Assembly (NCBI GenBank): GCA_963693365.1
Contig: CAVNZM010000014.1
Location: 5,766,001-5,830,000, forward strand
From: Amoebidium appalachense
Taxonomy: Eukaryota; Protista; Ichthyosporea
Reading direction: 5' to 3'
DNA length: 64,000 bases
Part shown: positions 28,186-45,962 of the stretch, piece by piece
Position numbering within the stretch: the stretch's first letter is position 1
Layout: each line of letters begins with the position of its first letter
Program-made: the position numbers and the translations under genes
The notes under the pieces: model-generated
Database searches by the model: none
What the model saw: the letters and a program-made list of their open reading frames with translations, nothing else
Told to the model about the DNA's origin: nothing

Positions 28186-28904
28186 CCCTCTCCCCCCTCA
28201 CTTTCGACCCGAGTTTCTACCCTTCCCTCCATCCGCACATCACACCGCAAACACATCCGTATTTACTTTAAGATTTGGTGTTGTGGATGTATGGATGCGA
28301 AGGTGTAACATACAGTTGCGCATGTGCAAGCGCCTCCAATCCCCGCAAACTCGGAGAATCGAAAATCACACACCCTTATCTTAGGGGCATGTTGCAAGGT
28401 CTCGATGTAAAAAGAACAAGTTTAAGTATACGGATTTAAAACTCACACAAGTGACACTGAACGCTGTCCGTATGTGTACTGTATAAAGCTTTGTGTGTTT
28501 GGGCGGGCGGGTGGGGGGGGGGGGGGGGAGGGGGAGGGGGAGGGGGAGGGGGAGGGGAGGGGAGGGGGGGGAGGGCGGGGAAGGAATGAAGTGTGTGCGT
28601 AAGGGTTGAGTGTGGTTCTGGTGCCGGACGGATGTATGTATGTGTAGTTGTGTAGGGTTGGTGGTAGGGGAGTGGGGAAGGAGGCGAATGCCTGATGCGA
28701 CAGGTGTGTTGACTTCGTGGTTTGTGTGTGTTTCTGTGGATATTGTACATGACATTGTGGGAAGGGGTATTTGCGGGGAGGGGGGGAGGGGAACGGGGAG
28801 AGGGACGGGCGCGCTAGGAGTTGGACCTTTTTCTTTTTTGTTTCTCCTTTATAATCTTTTCCTGTTCATTTGTGTGTGTGTGTGCGCGTGCGTGCATGTG
28901 TGTA

Positions 28905-28938
<34 letters not shown>

Positions 28939-29464
28939 AGTGTGTGTGGTGTGGTGGTGGTGGGGGGGGAGGAGAGGAGGGAAGAAGGGGCATGGCCAAC
29001 CACTGTGACCGGCTCTTCATTGACTCGATTTTTTTTTCCATTATCGAAGTACCTCATCAGGTCTTCAATGATGATGAACAATAAATACTCTTGGTGCGAC
29101 ATCTAATAGTAAACTGGTCACTTCCCACCACATTCTAGAACTTTGTCGATCTGTACTCGCTTATCAGCACAGAAAACGGTGGGGTCAAAACGTTCAGCTT
29201 AATAACACCCAAGAACACTTTTAACCTAGGCACAAACAAAGCAAACACCTGCATCACCGTGCTCGATTACTTGCTTTACTATGCCTCCCCCCCCCCCCCC
29301 CCCCCCCCCTCTCCCCTCCCCCCCCCTTCAAGCCCCACCACCATAAATTCATTGGTTATAAGTAGGCCCCAAGCCAAGACAATGGATACTGAGGTTTTCA
29401 CACCACAGAATAAATGCAATGGATTCACTTATCTTGCTCTAATCATACCACGAATACAGCATAC

Positions 29465-29532
<68 letters not shown>

Positions 29533-29730
29533 TGTGTGTGTGCATGCATATATGTTCGTGGCGATATGCTGCACTTCCCAGGTCACACTGTTGTGCACCC
29601 ACAATCCACACAATCCCCCTCTACCTACAAGTAAGGGGCTTTAACTCTAAGAAGAGCACCAAAATAAATAGCCAAAACAAACAAAACAAACAAACAAAAA
29701 CACATACCAAAACCAACCAGCTTTACCACA

Positions 29731-30243
29731 TCACACCAACAAATCCATACCAACCGCAAAAACCCGCACCGAATGATCCACACCGCACGTCCCCAACAGC
29801 ATTCCATCATCATGGATCGCCGTGCTCCACTTCACTTTGCGCACCGTGCTCGCGTGCCATTGGCTCTCGTGAATCGCCCTGGCGTCGCGCCAATCCCCAC
29901 TGGCCGCCCCCGATCCAATCAAAACGTGCAGCGCCCCATTATCCAGACCAATCGCAACGACGTATTTCCCGTCCTTGGTCTTGATTGGTGCAAAATCAAC
30001 CGCGGTTATGCTCTCAGCCATTTTAACCGTAGAAGCCGCATTTGTAGACCAAGTGGTATTATTTTCCCCATTTGGAATATTCCAGAATTTGACGGTTTTA
30101 TCACGTGATACAGTGGCGAAAAATGTGCCGTCAGGAGCCCATGCACCCCCCCAGAGAATGCGCTCGTGGGCTTTGGGGGCTTTTGCGACGGGGGTGTAGG
30201 GGGACCCGTTGGCGGACTCGAATATGCACCAGCCTCGGTCGCT

Positions 30244-30300
<57 letters not shown>

Positions 30301-31048
30301 TGTGAGTGTGTGTGTGTGTTTGTGTGTGTGTGTTGAGTGAGCAGCTGTGTGTGGGGCCGGGCGCGCACGTACATGAGTTGAGGGGGGAGGGGGAGTGGGA
30401 GGGGGGGAATGGCGGAGAGAAAGAAGTCAATAAGGAGATGAGCACCGGAGTGTTTTCCCAAGCCCCCACGAGCAAAGCACAGGCTTCACCATGAAAAGGC
30501 CTTATTGTACGTATACACGATGAGAAGCATGGTGCAGGACATATGCACAGGCAAACATTCAAGTATGCAATATCAGCCATGCACACAGTATGCGTCATAA
30601 GCATTGCCCATCCTCAGGGAGGGCCCAAGTCATCAATCGCGTCTGAGTTTCGACCCTTTGGCCCCGCGTATATACGACTCTCCAACTCAAACAGCAGCAT
30701 CACGAGGGGGGGGGAAGGGGGGGGGGGGGAAGGGGAGGACGGAGGGATGTGTGCGGTGAACGTGTGTGTGCCTGGAAGAGAGGGAGGGTCGAGGGTTGGT
30801 TTTAGGGGAGGGTCACGTGTTTGAATAAGGGGGCGAGAGGGGGGGGGGGGGGGGGGGGGGCTCCCGGTACAAGCTACTCAGGTGTCACAACGGGGGGGAG
30901 GGGGGAGGTTGTATGCAATGACGGGCTGGCAACGTGGAAGCAATGACCTCAAAAAACATGAACAAAGATACAGCAACAAAAACAGCATTACCCAGACACA
31001 ATAACAAAAGCACAAACCAAAACGAAACAATGTGCAACGAGAAGACAC

Positions 31049-31109
<61 letters not shown>

Positions 31110-32114
31110 TGAATGCGGAACACGGTACGAAGTACGCATACACGAAGGACACATGCAAAGGCAAACATTCAAGTATGCAACATCAGCCATACGCACAGTA
31201 TGCGTCATAAGCAGAGCACATCCTCAGGGAGGGCCCAAGTCATCAATTGCGTCTGAGTTTCGACCCCTTAGCCCGCGTATATACGACTCTCCAACTCAGA
31301 CAGCAGCATCAACTGAACTTGGGAGGGTCAACCCGTCTTGATCAAAGACGAGCAGGGTTGCTTATGCAAGCAAGGTGAGCAAAACGGTGAAGATGTGTGT
31401 GCAAACTAATGCAGTGCAGCGAAAAATGCGTATGTGCTTACAGATGCACGACACAGGGGGGGGGGGGGGGGGAGGGGGGGGGGGGGGGTTTGAATGCGTC
31501 AAAAAGTACGAAGTACACAAGAACAAACGGATAACACGATGCAGAATGCAAGCCATACATAAAGAGTATGCATAATAAGCAGAGCCCATCCTCAGGGGGG
31601 GCCCACGTCATCCACAGTACCCGGGGGGGGGGGGGGGGGGGGGGGGGGGAGGAGCAGATATAGAGGGTGGCAACTACCACGAAGGCAAAGACATTGAAAA
31701 ACCACAAAGGGAAGAACAAAAAAAGGGATACGTTTCAAACTCACCGTGAGACGGACAAAAGGTATCTGTCGTCGGGGGAGAACGCCAACTGAGTCACAGT
31801 CAGGGTGTGGCCGGGGAGGGTGTATGCCTCCACCCACCTCTTAGCATCCCACACACGGATTACGGCGTGTTCGGGTGTGCTTGCCTTGCAGGCAGACGCT
31901 ATGTACGTGCCTGTGTGTGTGCTTGCGACTGTGAAGATGTCGTATCCGTGCCCGTAGAGCTTCTGCGTCTCTGGCCAGAGGGTGTTGCTGTACGTGTGTA
32001 CGTGTGTGTGTGTGTGACAGTCGGGGGGGAAAGGGGAAAGAGGCACATGTGAGCAGATGTGTTGTGTGCTTACAAGTGTAAGTGTAGGTTACGAGTGTGT
32101 GTGTGTGTGCGTGT

Positions 32115-32154
<40 letters not shown>

Positions 32155-32180
32155 GTGTGTGTGTGTGTGTGTATGCATGT

Positions 32181-32218
<38 letters not shown>

Positions 32219-32236
32219 TGTGTGTGTGTGTGTATG

Positions 32237-32302
<66 letters not shown>

Positions 32303-32833
32303 CATGTGAGTAGACGTGAGTACTGGTGTCTGTGACTGTTGTGTGTGTTCGTGAGTGTGAGTGTGAACGTCCATGTACGTGTCGATGTGTAGTATGGGTG
32401 TACATGTGGGTGTATAAGTGAACACGTGTGAATGTATGAGTATACAAACACGTGTGAATGTATGAGTATACAAACACGTGTGTATGTGCCTGTGTGCCAG
32501 AGCTTGTGTCAATGCACGTGTACTATTCATGCGCTTCAGTGACAATATGTGTATTAGCATGCGTTTGTGGGCATGTGTGCATGAGTATGTGTCTAATTAA
32601 ATGCATCTGAACGGGCAAGGGTTGGTGTACGTGTGTGCCTGAGTGTACATAGATGTGTATATCTTTGTGCGCAAACGTAAGTTGAGTGTTCGTGTACTCA
32701 CGGTATGCAGGATGGGGCCCACGGCAAAATCACTCTCAAAGCAAGCCACCAATCCTCACATTCTTCCGAAAACCATCCCCCCCCCCCCCCCTCCCTTCCC
32801 TCTCTTCCCCCAGCACACACGTGCACACATATC

Positions 32834-32902
<69 letters not shown>

Positions 32903-33258
32903 AACCCCTTTTCCCTCCAGAGGTTCCCATTTACCAACTGCATGTCCACCCTCCCTGTTTTCAACACAAGTTTCCAGGAAGAGGGACAAGAGGTTTCGGG
33001 ATTGAAGAGGGGGCGTAGGGGGAAGGAAGACATGCCTGTGTTAAGAGAGACGGAGGGAAAGCGAGGGGAGGGGGGAGGGGGAAAGGCTTCTGGGAACTAA
33101 AAAGAGAGAGAGGGGGAGGGGGAGGGGAGAATAGGAAGGGTGGGAGAGATGGGGGAGGGAGGGAGGGAGGGGGGGCAGGGGAAAGAATGTGTTACAGAGT
33201 ATGAAATACACGGACAACACAGAGCTGATTGTGAGAGGAAAAAAAAAGGCACCGGCAA

Positions 33259-33294
<36 letters not shown>

Positions 33295-33770
33295 GTACCG
33301 GCTCAGATGCTCCTCCAGTGGGGGCTCATTGACGGGTCGGTTGGGGTTGTATGTGAAGGTGGGGGGGTTTTCCTCTGCGAAATTGTCATCTTCGGCAGCC
33401 ATTCGCTCACTCTCAACGTTCTCGAGAAAAAGGCCTTTGTTGGAGAGGCCTAGCGCTGGAACACTTGCACCCAGCGGCCTTTGGCCAATCTGCAATAGTA
33501 TTTAAATTTAGTTGTTGACTTGAAACTCAAGCTAATACATTTAATTATTAGTTAACACTTTCAAATCTTGGTTGATACCTCTAAAATATAGTTGCTCTGA
33601 TTTGGCTAATAGTGTTAGTCAAAAAAGTGGAAACCCGAGGTAACCGAACGAGGGGAGAAGGGGCGGAGGCAAAGATCGAAACAATCAGCGAAGTGAGGGC
33701 TTCGGGGCATTGGTAGAAATGTGAATGGCTGTTAAAGGGGCGGGGCGGAAGTGTGTGTATGTGTGTGTGT

Positions 33771-33820
<50 letters not shown>

Positions 33821-34874
33821 AGGTCTTTTGCCCTCTCTCCTCTGCCTCTCCTCTCTCCCCCCCCCCCCCCCCCCCTCCCCCCCCCCCCCCCCCCCCCCCC
33901 CCCTTCCCCCCTCGCATCCTCCCCCTCTCTTTTTCTCCTTTGATGGGATGGTGTATATGTATGTGCAGAAGTGTGTGTATCAATGTGTGTATATGTATAT
34001 GGTGTGTGCATGTGGGGTACATACGATTGTAAGCCCCGAGGGGAAGGGGGAAGAGGGGAGGGGGAGTGAGGGGGGAGAGGGGTTCCAACACCCGCAAAAG
34101 ATATGAATCGATTATAAGAACCATTGCTGGTATAGCAAAATATTGTACTGAGGATTGGGGGAGAGAGTGGGAACTCCGGGGGAGGAGGGGGGAAGCGAGC
34201 AGAGTAGGGGTAAGAGGGGGGGGGAGACAAAGAGGCAGAGGAGGGAGGGATAAGGAGATGTGGAAGGGACGGGGGGAGGGGGGTTAAGAGGGCCCGGAGG
34301 GGGGCCGGGGGAAGGGGGGGGGGGGGAGAGGGGAGGAGGGAGGGGGCATTAAGAAAAAGCCCAGTGTAGAAGCCCAGGGAATAGTTAGAAGGTTGCAGGA
34401 TGAAGAGATTAGGCCGCTAAGTGGTCTAAAATGCCAAGGGTGTGTTAAAAATGAAGGTAGAAGTTGTGAGTGGTGGGTCTATGCATGTACTATGGGTTCT
34501 CGTGCAGGTGAAAAGACGTAGTACCAAGAGGAACATTGAAAACGAGCAACGGCGGTTGGTTTCTTTTTTGGGGGGGGGAGGCGATGAGATCGAAGCTGGG
34601 AAGGGGGGAGGGGGGCATCTGGGAGAGGGAAGAGGGGAAGGGAGAGTGACAGAGAGCGTGGGGATGGGAAGGGGGAGGGTGACGAGGGGAGGGGGGAACC
34701 GGGGGCGCGGGGGAAGGGCAGGAGGGGAGGAAGGGAAGGATGTATGGCTGGAAGGGGGCAGAAGGGACCGGAAGACGGAGAGAGAGAGAAAAGAGAGAGA
34801 GGAACACAGAGAGAAAGGAAAAGGGAAAGAGAAAGAGAGAGAGAGAAGTGAAATCGAGAGAGGGAGAGAGAGCG

Positions 34875-34969
<95 letters not shown>

Positions 34970-35205
34970 GCGGAGCGCATCTGTGTGTGTGTGTGTGTGT
35001 GTGTGGGAGGAAGAGTGATGCTGTGTGTGTGTGTGCGGGGGGGGGGGGGGGGGGGGGGGGGGGGTTGTTAAATCATCCTCATGGCAAAGAGGCAAAGGGA
35101 GATGCCGCAACACACTCAGGAGCGAGAGAGGGGAAGGGGGAGGGGGGGGGGGGAGAGAGAAAGAGAGAGAGAGAGAGAGAGTGTGTGTGTGTGTGCGCGC
35201 GCGCG

Positions 35206-35302
<97 letters not shown>

Positions 35303-36926
35303 TTACTACCTGCTGCCTATCAAACTCGACCCCACACAGTGCCTCGCACGCATCCACAAAATTCTCCGGGGCGTCAAAAACACGCACCACCTTTTCCTCT
35401 GCCCCGCTCACATACTGCAGCCGAGAAACAAACGCACAGCACTGCATGTCGTACCCGTGTATCTGCGGCCTTGCAATTTCATGCCAGACCCCCCTTTCCG
35501 GCCTGTAATTTTGCAATCTCCCGAACAATCGCGCTGTCTGATCGCTACTCACACTCAGAAGATATCCCCCCGCGGGCTCCCACGCCAAATCTTCGACCGG
35601 TCCGAAATGCCCCGTGACTGAAATTTGTGGAACCCATCGACCCCCCCTTCCCCCTTCCTCCGCCTCCCCGCCACCTTCCGAATCGGGAACATGTTTCCAT
35701 CTTTGGAAGGCGCCTTGGCACCCGTGCGCCATGATCTCCCTGCCACCCGGTCCCCATAAACCCCCAACAAAACCAAAAGTCCCCCCTCCCAACTCCCCCA
35801 CACACACCTCATTCACCCAAACGTGATGGTCCTTGGAGGGGCGCCATATCATCATCGTCTTATCCATGGAGGCCGTAAGAAGGCACATCTGGGGGGATTT
35901 TTGCAAATTTTCTCCAAGTTTCCCACTGGGAAGGGGTTGCCACTGCACCGAATAAACCCACTCGTCGTGAGCCACCAGAACCGATTCCTTTCTTGCTTCG
36001 TACACGACCCCCCCCTCCATTTTGATCAACTCGCGTTTCGCCCGAATTTGCAGCGTTTGATGTTGGGGGTCTTTATCGAGGGGGTTCTTGGACTGGGGTT
36101 GCCCAATTTCCTCAGGTTCCGCGGACGAAATTCGCCACAATCGCACGGTGCTATCCTGCGACCCACTTGCCAATAATAAATCATGGGTGCTCGAATTTTC
36201 AGCGCCCTCTGAGGGGAACGGGGAAGAGAACGCCAGACAGGGTATCCAATCTTTGTGACCCACCAAATTCAGCATTTTCCGAAATTCCGTTGAACTTCCG
36301 GAAGTTTTCTGCCGTGTAAATAGGTGAATTTTGGAATCTACGCACCCAACCGCGAGGATTTCTGCTTCTTCGCCGTTCGGAAGCCGCGTGAGAGACGTCG
36401 ACAGTGCATACTTGGTTTTAAAATCTATCACCTGACGCTGGCTCAAAAATTCGTCCGATTTTCCCCTCGAGCTCCCCCAAATTTTCATGGTACCATCCAC
36501 CGAGGTTGAAATTACGCATATCTCGTCTCCGTTGGACAGCGGTGCGCCACTTTGACCCAGCACACATAGGGACGTAACGGGGCCTTTGTGAGCCGAAATT
36601 GTTTGGATACACCTCCACGGAATTTGGCCCCCTAGATCACTTGAACCCCCCAGCGCCCACACCCGAACCGTTCCGTCCGTCGCCGCTGTCACGAGAAGTT
36701 CCTCCCAATCTTCCGAAATCACGCCACCCTGTCCACCGGTTATCCACCGTACACAGTTCACTCGGCCTTCGTGCCCCCTCAGCGTGGAAACTATTCTGTC
36801 ACCGGGTAGATATACAGCTACGAAATTTGAGGCGCCAAAAGCAACCAACCCGTTAGGACCCCAGTCGGCTGCCCCGGGAACACCGTTGCAGCCGACGGAG
36901 ACGTGCACAGTCCGCGCCACCCCCAT
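29731..36926 (-). CDS. ELP2: Elongator complex protein 2 (WD40), exons 36926-35310, 33489-33299, 31987-31745, 30241-29731
   Basis: Elp2 motifs [92 protein letters not shown]; phase-compatible GT-AG introns. Confidence 0.95.
30507..31623 (-). mobile_element. Three copies of the poly(C)-terminated repeat in ELP2 intron 3 (30507-30702 lacking its 3' end, 31108-31456, 31489-31623 subfamily B)
   Basis: Reverse complements of the 15-kb and 48-kb copies, bounded by G-runs on the + strand. Confidence 0.75.
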
Positions 36927-38810
36927 CCTGTGTGTGTGTGTGGGGGGGGGGAGGGGAGGGGGGGGGGGGGGGGGGGGGGGGGGAGGGGGGGGGGGGGGGG
37001 GGGGAGGGGAGGGGGGCAAGAGGGGGGGGGGGGGGGGGGGGGGGGGCATGCAGCATCAGAAGCAGGTAAAAGTTGAGTGAGTAAATATGCGTTCTTGTTT
37101 AATTCCCACAAGGCCGGCGAAGAAAGGCAAAGCACGGGGCAGGGGAAGGGGGGCGGGAGACAATTTACAGCGTCTAGGATCCCCTCCCCCTCCCCTCTCT
37201 CGCTCTCTCTCTCGCTCGCGGTCCCTCTCACTCTCCCCCCTCTCTCTCCTCTCTCCCTCCGCCCTCCTCTCCTCTTCCCCCCGCCCCCCCCGCCCCCCCC
37301 CCCTCCCCCCCCCCCCCCCCCCCCCTTCCTCTCTCTCTCCCCCCTTCATCTTTCTCCCTCCCTCTTTCAACCCTTGTTACTACCCTGCCCCTCCCTCTCT
37401 TTCCCCTCCCCTCCCACTCCTCTTAAGTTGTCCCGTCCAAAAGCCTATTCCCTCCACGCCTCCTGATATCTCCTGCTGCTTATTCTGATTTTTCGAGATC
37501 TCCCCCTTACCTTACGCCTCTTTCCTTCCCTCCTTTGCCCTCCTCACCCATTGCCCCACCCCCCCACCCCCCACCCCCCACCACCACACCCCGCCCTCAT
37601 CTCACGACTGCCCTCATCTTACGAACTGTATCCTACCCAAATTTCACTGAAAATGCAAACAACTTCTGACCAACTCCCTGTTTCAAAACCGTTACCTTCT
37701 GGACAACCCCTCCTGTCCAACCATTTCTCCCTGGCCCGGCCCTCTTTCTCAGACGGCTACAAGACGATTCCTATTTCTCACTCCATGAGGTACATTATGC
37801 TCCTTCCTCCCATTTTTTCCCACTATATCAATCCAGGAGGCATTGTTTCGGCATATCTCTGTCTCCCCCCCCCCCCTCCCCCCCCCCCCCCCCCCCCCTC
37901 CCCAGCCTCCCCCCCCCCCCCCTTCTCCCCAAACACACACACACACACCGATCTCTCTCGCTTGCACAACCATTCCACGACATGTCAGGTGCAGTCATCC
38001 CTCCCTTGTCCCCCCCCCCCCCCCCTCCCCCCCTAACTCCCCCCTGGACCCCTTCTCTTCCCCACAATAAACGCTTCTTCCATATTGTTTTGTTTATTTC
38101 TATACAATGCCCTTCCTAATGATCTTATTCTCTCCTCTTGTCTCCTTTTCCTTCTTCTCCCACCGTTTTCACCGTTTTCTTCGTGCAAGATCTACTTCCA
38201 TAGTTTCCCTCCCTCACCCCCGTACACGCACACGCATCCACTTTACCTGCACACGCACTGTGCCAGCAGGCTCCCTTCTTCCCGATGTTCTTTGTTGATA
38301 CTACAAGTGGAAACAAGGATTCACTCCAGCTATAATCTTCCACCGAGATTCGCCAAGGAAAAAACGAAAACGAAAAAACAGGTTGTGCACTTGAAGTACC
38401 CACGTGAACTCCAGTGGAGTGACACTCGATATTGGCCACTTGTTCATAACATCGTATTTGAGATACTAAGCTGTTTTCGAAACCATCTTATGCAAAACCT
38501 CTTTTTCCCTCTACCGCGTATATGTCAATAGGGTGTTATAGTAACGAATGATTTCTGAGCCAGACAAATTCTTCGGTGCTTAAAAAAAAAACGTTCACAA
38601 CGAAAGTCCTTTTTCGAGTTTTGACGTGTACCTTTTTTGCAGCCGCTACTTGTCATAGTTTGGCTTCACACACATTCCTCTTACAGACCTAGTGACTCGG
38701 GACGTTATCTCTTTACGTTTTCCTGTAGGAAATCTGGCTTTTTTCCACTCCATTTATCAGGCCCTCACATCTCTTCGATGTGAACCCACCACACACTGTT
38801 TCCATCCCAT

Positions 38811-38843
<33 letters not shown>

Positions 38844-39048
38844 ACAAGCACATACACACAAACACATAGCCAACCACCTACCCAGCCGGTTGGCCACTCT
38901 CCACCATTTGCCACACACTTAACAACCCCACAGACCTTCCCGTCACCTCCCTCCGCCCTTACGTAACATCTACCTTCTAACCTCCCTACACTCTCTTTTA
39001 CACTTACCATTCACTCGTATCAACAACCTCGTTAACTTAATATTCAAC

Positions 39049-42295
<3,247 letters not shown>

Positions 42296-42442
42296 TTTTG
42301 TTTTAATCTTTAAGTTTTACCTTCGTTTTTTAGTTTTTAACTGAGATTTCCACGTCACAAGAGGCTACCGTCTTCCCACCATCTCCAGATCAGACAGGGC
42401 TCAAGTGTAGGTTGAGATGGAGGTGGCGGGGAGCGGGACAGT

Positions 42443-42494
<52 letters not shown>

Positions 42495-43448
42495 TGTTTG
42501 TGTGTGTGTGTGTGTGTGCGCGCAAGTGGGCGGGGTGGGGGGAGGGGGGGGGGGGGGGGGGGGGTTCTGTGCTTTCGGAGACGCTAGTTTGCTCTTTCTA
42601 ATGTGTGAAACTTGTGACGACTCAAATAGGAAGGAAGTATTTTTTTTTTGCGAAGTTTCTTTCTTTTTTTTTTTTTTTTTTTTTTTTTTTCTTTCGTGAA
42701 AAGTCTCTAATGGTTGCCTCCCGAGACGTATTGCATCACATATAGATAAAGGAAATATGAACTGATATATTCCGAAAGTTCCTAACTGTCAGAAGCGATG
42801 AATTGATGAAGTGTATGTCCCGATAGTAATGTTGTATGCACGAGTGCTGACAGTTACAAAGAATAAATTTTGAATTAACGGTGCGTATTTACAATGGTGC
42901 CGGAAAGAATACATATGCATGGCGGACATGTATTACGGGCCTTCTTTTCTCTCTCCTTTAAGCCCCCGTAGCTACTACAGTGCGCGTTTAGTGTCTCTCA
43001 AATGGTTATTTGTTTGCCTGATTTGAAATAACGTCGGATGAAGGGATACGGTACGACATGGAAGTGCAAGTCCTCAACGATAACAAAGAAGAAAGGGAAA
43101 GAAAAGAAAACGAATTCGATCGGTGGATACTACGGGATGATAGCGCAAACATTCTGGCCCACTGTTCAAGCCCGTAATTAGATTCTTTTGGCCAAAGATG
43201 AATCTAAAATAAGCGAAATCATGCATTCTGGCGTTATGCATGTGTCAGTCGCCTGCAGCTGCAGCGCGTCAGCCGGCAGTTTTTCGTTTTCTCGTCACTG
43301 CTCTTTGTACAAGTCTCGGTGAATGAGCTGTTGTCATTCACATAGAAACACAGGGTTTTTGTGACCGAAAAGACCCTTTTTTAGCTGTATAGCGCAACAA
43401 ACGGAGAACTAGTATACACTGCCTTTTTGGTAGAATACAACCTTAAAA

Positions 43449-45931
43449 ATGGCGGAACTTCAGGAGGCCATTCTCAAGGCCCTTGATACAAAGGGCACGA
43501 TTAACACGGCTGAACTCGCACATGAGTTGAATGCGGAGCACCAAGCGGTTGTGGGTGCTGTAAAGAGCATAGAGCTCGTGGGGGAAGGTGCGTGTATGTT
43601 TTTTGTGTGTTGCTTGCTGGTGTTGGCGGTGGCTGTGGGGCAGGATCTGGGGGATGAGTCGAGCTGGGAGGGAGCGAGAGCAAGGCAGGAAAGGGAGACA
43701 AATGGAGGGGGGTGGTGGGTGAGGAGACGGAGAGAGTGGGGGGCGGTGGGGAGGAAGGGGGGATAAGGTCGAATTTAGCATTTATAATAGGGATTGGCTG
43801 AGGGGACCAGAGAGTGAGACCAAATGATTGCTACCCACATCAACACATCAGAACATTTACGTGCTGGTGGAGAGAGGGAGGGAGGACGAGAGAGAAACGA
43901 ACATAGGAGAGGGAGGAAATGGCTTCCAGTTGAGAGCATGGAATGTGGGGAGGTGGCCCCGGGGCCGGGGGGAGGAGGGGAGGGGGGGGAGGAGGACTGG
44001 CACCGTGCCTGTGTGTGCGTATATTCATAAATACCTGGCTATGAACACCTGGCTTTAAGTCTTTTAAGGTGCACCTTAAGGGGAGAAGGAGTATTAGTCC
44101 ACGGAAACTCGCGGGCGTGTGTGTATGTGCGTGTGCCTGTGTGTGTGCCTGTGCGTGCGTGCATTCTGTGTCTGTGTGTGTTCGTGTGTTTGCTTGTGTG
44201 TGTGTGTGTGTGTGTGTTTGTTTTTTGGTTTAAATGTGTGTGTGTGTCTGTGCTTGCTTGTGTGTGTCTGTGTGTGTTTGAATCTGCCTGCACGGGTGCC
44301 TGTGTGCCTGCAATTTTGTGTGTGGGCGGGTGTGTGTGCATGCCTGTGTGCGTGCGTTCGTGCGTGCGTGTGTGGGTGCTTAGGTGAGCTTGGACACACG
44401 GTTCCGTTGCAGGTGCTTGCTGTCGAAGTACGTATGCTTGTGTTTGTGCCTTTCTGTCGGTCGCCCTCTCTCCCTCGCTATTGGATGCATCCACTACTGG
44501 CTGCCCGTGTACCTGAGAACCGGCATGCTTGCATAGGTGCATGTCCATCACTTGCCTACTTTGTGTTTTTCTGTGTGTAGGTGGCCTTTGTGAAAATTTA
44601 ACTGACTTATGTTGAGAAGGTATGTTTGGGGAATTGGGTAGGCAGGCTGCGAGAAAACATCAGCCTTTTTCTTTGGACATAAACGGGCTGATGAAAGCTT
44701 ACATGTTCTTGCCATCAACCCACACCTTCATCTCGCACTATTCTGCTTTCACATCGTTTTCCTCAACAAGCACAACCCCAACCTGACCTCATATTCTTTC
44801 CCCCAGGCATCATCACCACAGAGCTTGTATCCGGGCAGGCGCTTGGTGTGACCTCTGAAGGCCAGGAAATGATAAAGGAGGGCAGCCACGAGGCAAAGGT
44901 CTTTGGTGCCGTGCCTGGTGAGGGCATTCTCCAGGCAGAACTCATGGTATTACCTTCCCCCCCCCCCCCCCCCCCCCCCCCTCCCCCTCCTCCTCCCGCC
45001 CTCCCCCTCCCCCCCTTCCCCCCCCCCCCCCCCCCCTTCTCAATTCTTGTCTTCCTTTCTCCCTCTGCCCTCACTCGCTCCCTTATGCCAAACCCCCCCT
45101 CCCCCCCTGCCCGATGACGTGGGCCCCCCCTGAGGATGGGCTTTGCTTATTATGCGTACTCTTTATGTATGGGGTGTACTCTGCATCGTGTTATCCGTTG
45201 TTCTTGTGTACTTCGTATTTTATGACGCATTCAGCCCCCCCCCCCCCCCCCCCCCCCCCTCCCCCGCCCCCTCCTCCTCCCCCCTCAATTCCTGTCTCCC
45301 TTTCTCCCTCCGCGATGCCCTCACTCCCCTTCACCCCCTCCCCCCCCCCCCCCCCCCCCCCCCCCCTCCCTTTCAAACTCGCCTCCCCTCGGCGCCAGTG
45401 CCCGATTTACGGTCAGTGTCTGTGTGCTGCACTGCTTACTTTCTTCGGAGTGGGATTCTGGCATATCTCGTTTCTTCGGTCCGCATATCGCGATATATCA
45501 TTTTTATGTGTGAATAGCTTAAGATAATTTCGTTTTCGGTGCTAGTGCTACGCAATGAGATATTCTTTTTTTTAAATGTGACTGACGTATGCCTTTTTCT
45601 TTTCACTGTTATATACTGAGAAAGGTTTTTTTTTGCCGGTGCAGAAAGCCGGGCCGTGAGCCAAGACTGGCTATACATTCCTTTTTGCAATGTGTAACTT
45701 ACGTAGGTTTTTCTATATTATCGATGTGATATACCGAGAAACTCCTTTTTAAAATTTATTTTTCTGGTGCAGAAAGCCGGGCCGTGGGCCAAGATCGGGT
45801 TCAGTAAGGCCATGTCCAGTGGGTGGGTGGTGCTTGAGAAGAGGGCCGAGGGTCCATACGTCAGTAGAAAGGTCGAGAACATCGAAGACACAACAAAGAA
45901 CCTGCTGGCGGATATTGCGGCAGGTGTGTGT

Positions 45932-45962
<31 letters not shown>

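Noticed and set aside
29030-29065. Minus-strand CTGATGAG...CGATAA hammerhead-like words
   Set aside because: GATA in place of GAAA and no supporting stems.
35079-37049. 656-aa ORF taken as the full ELP2 with a poly-Pro N-terminus
   Set aside because: The poly-Pro start and LS-repeat end are intronic repeats; the coding exon is 36926-35310.
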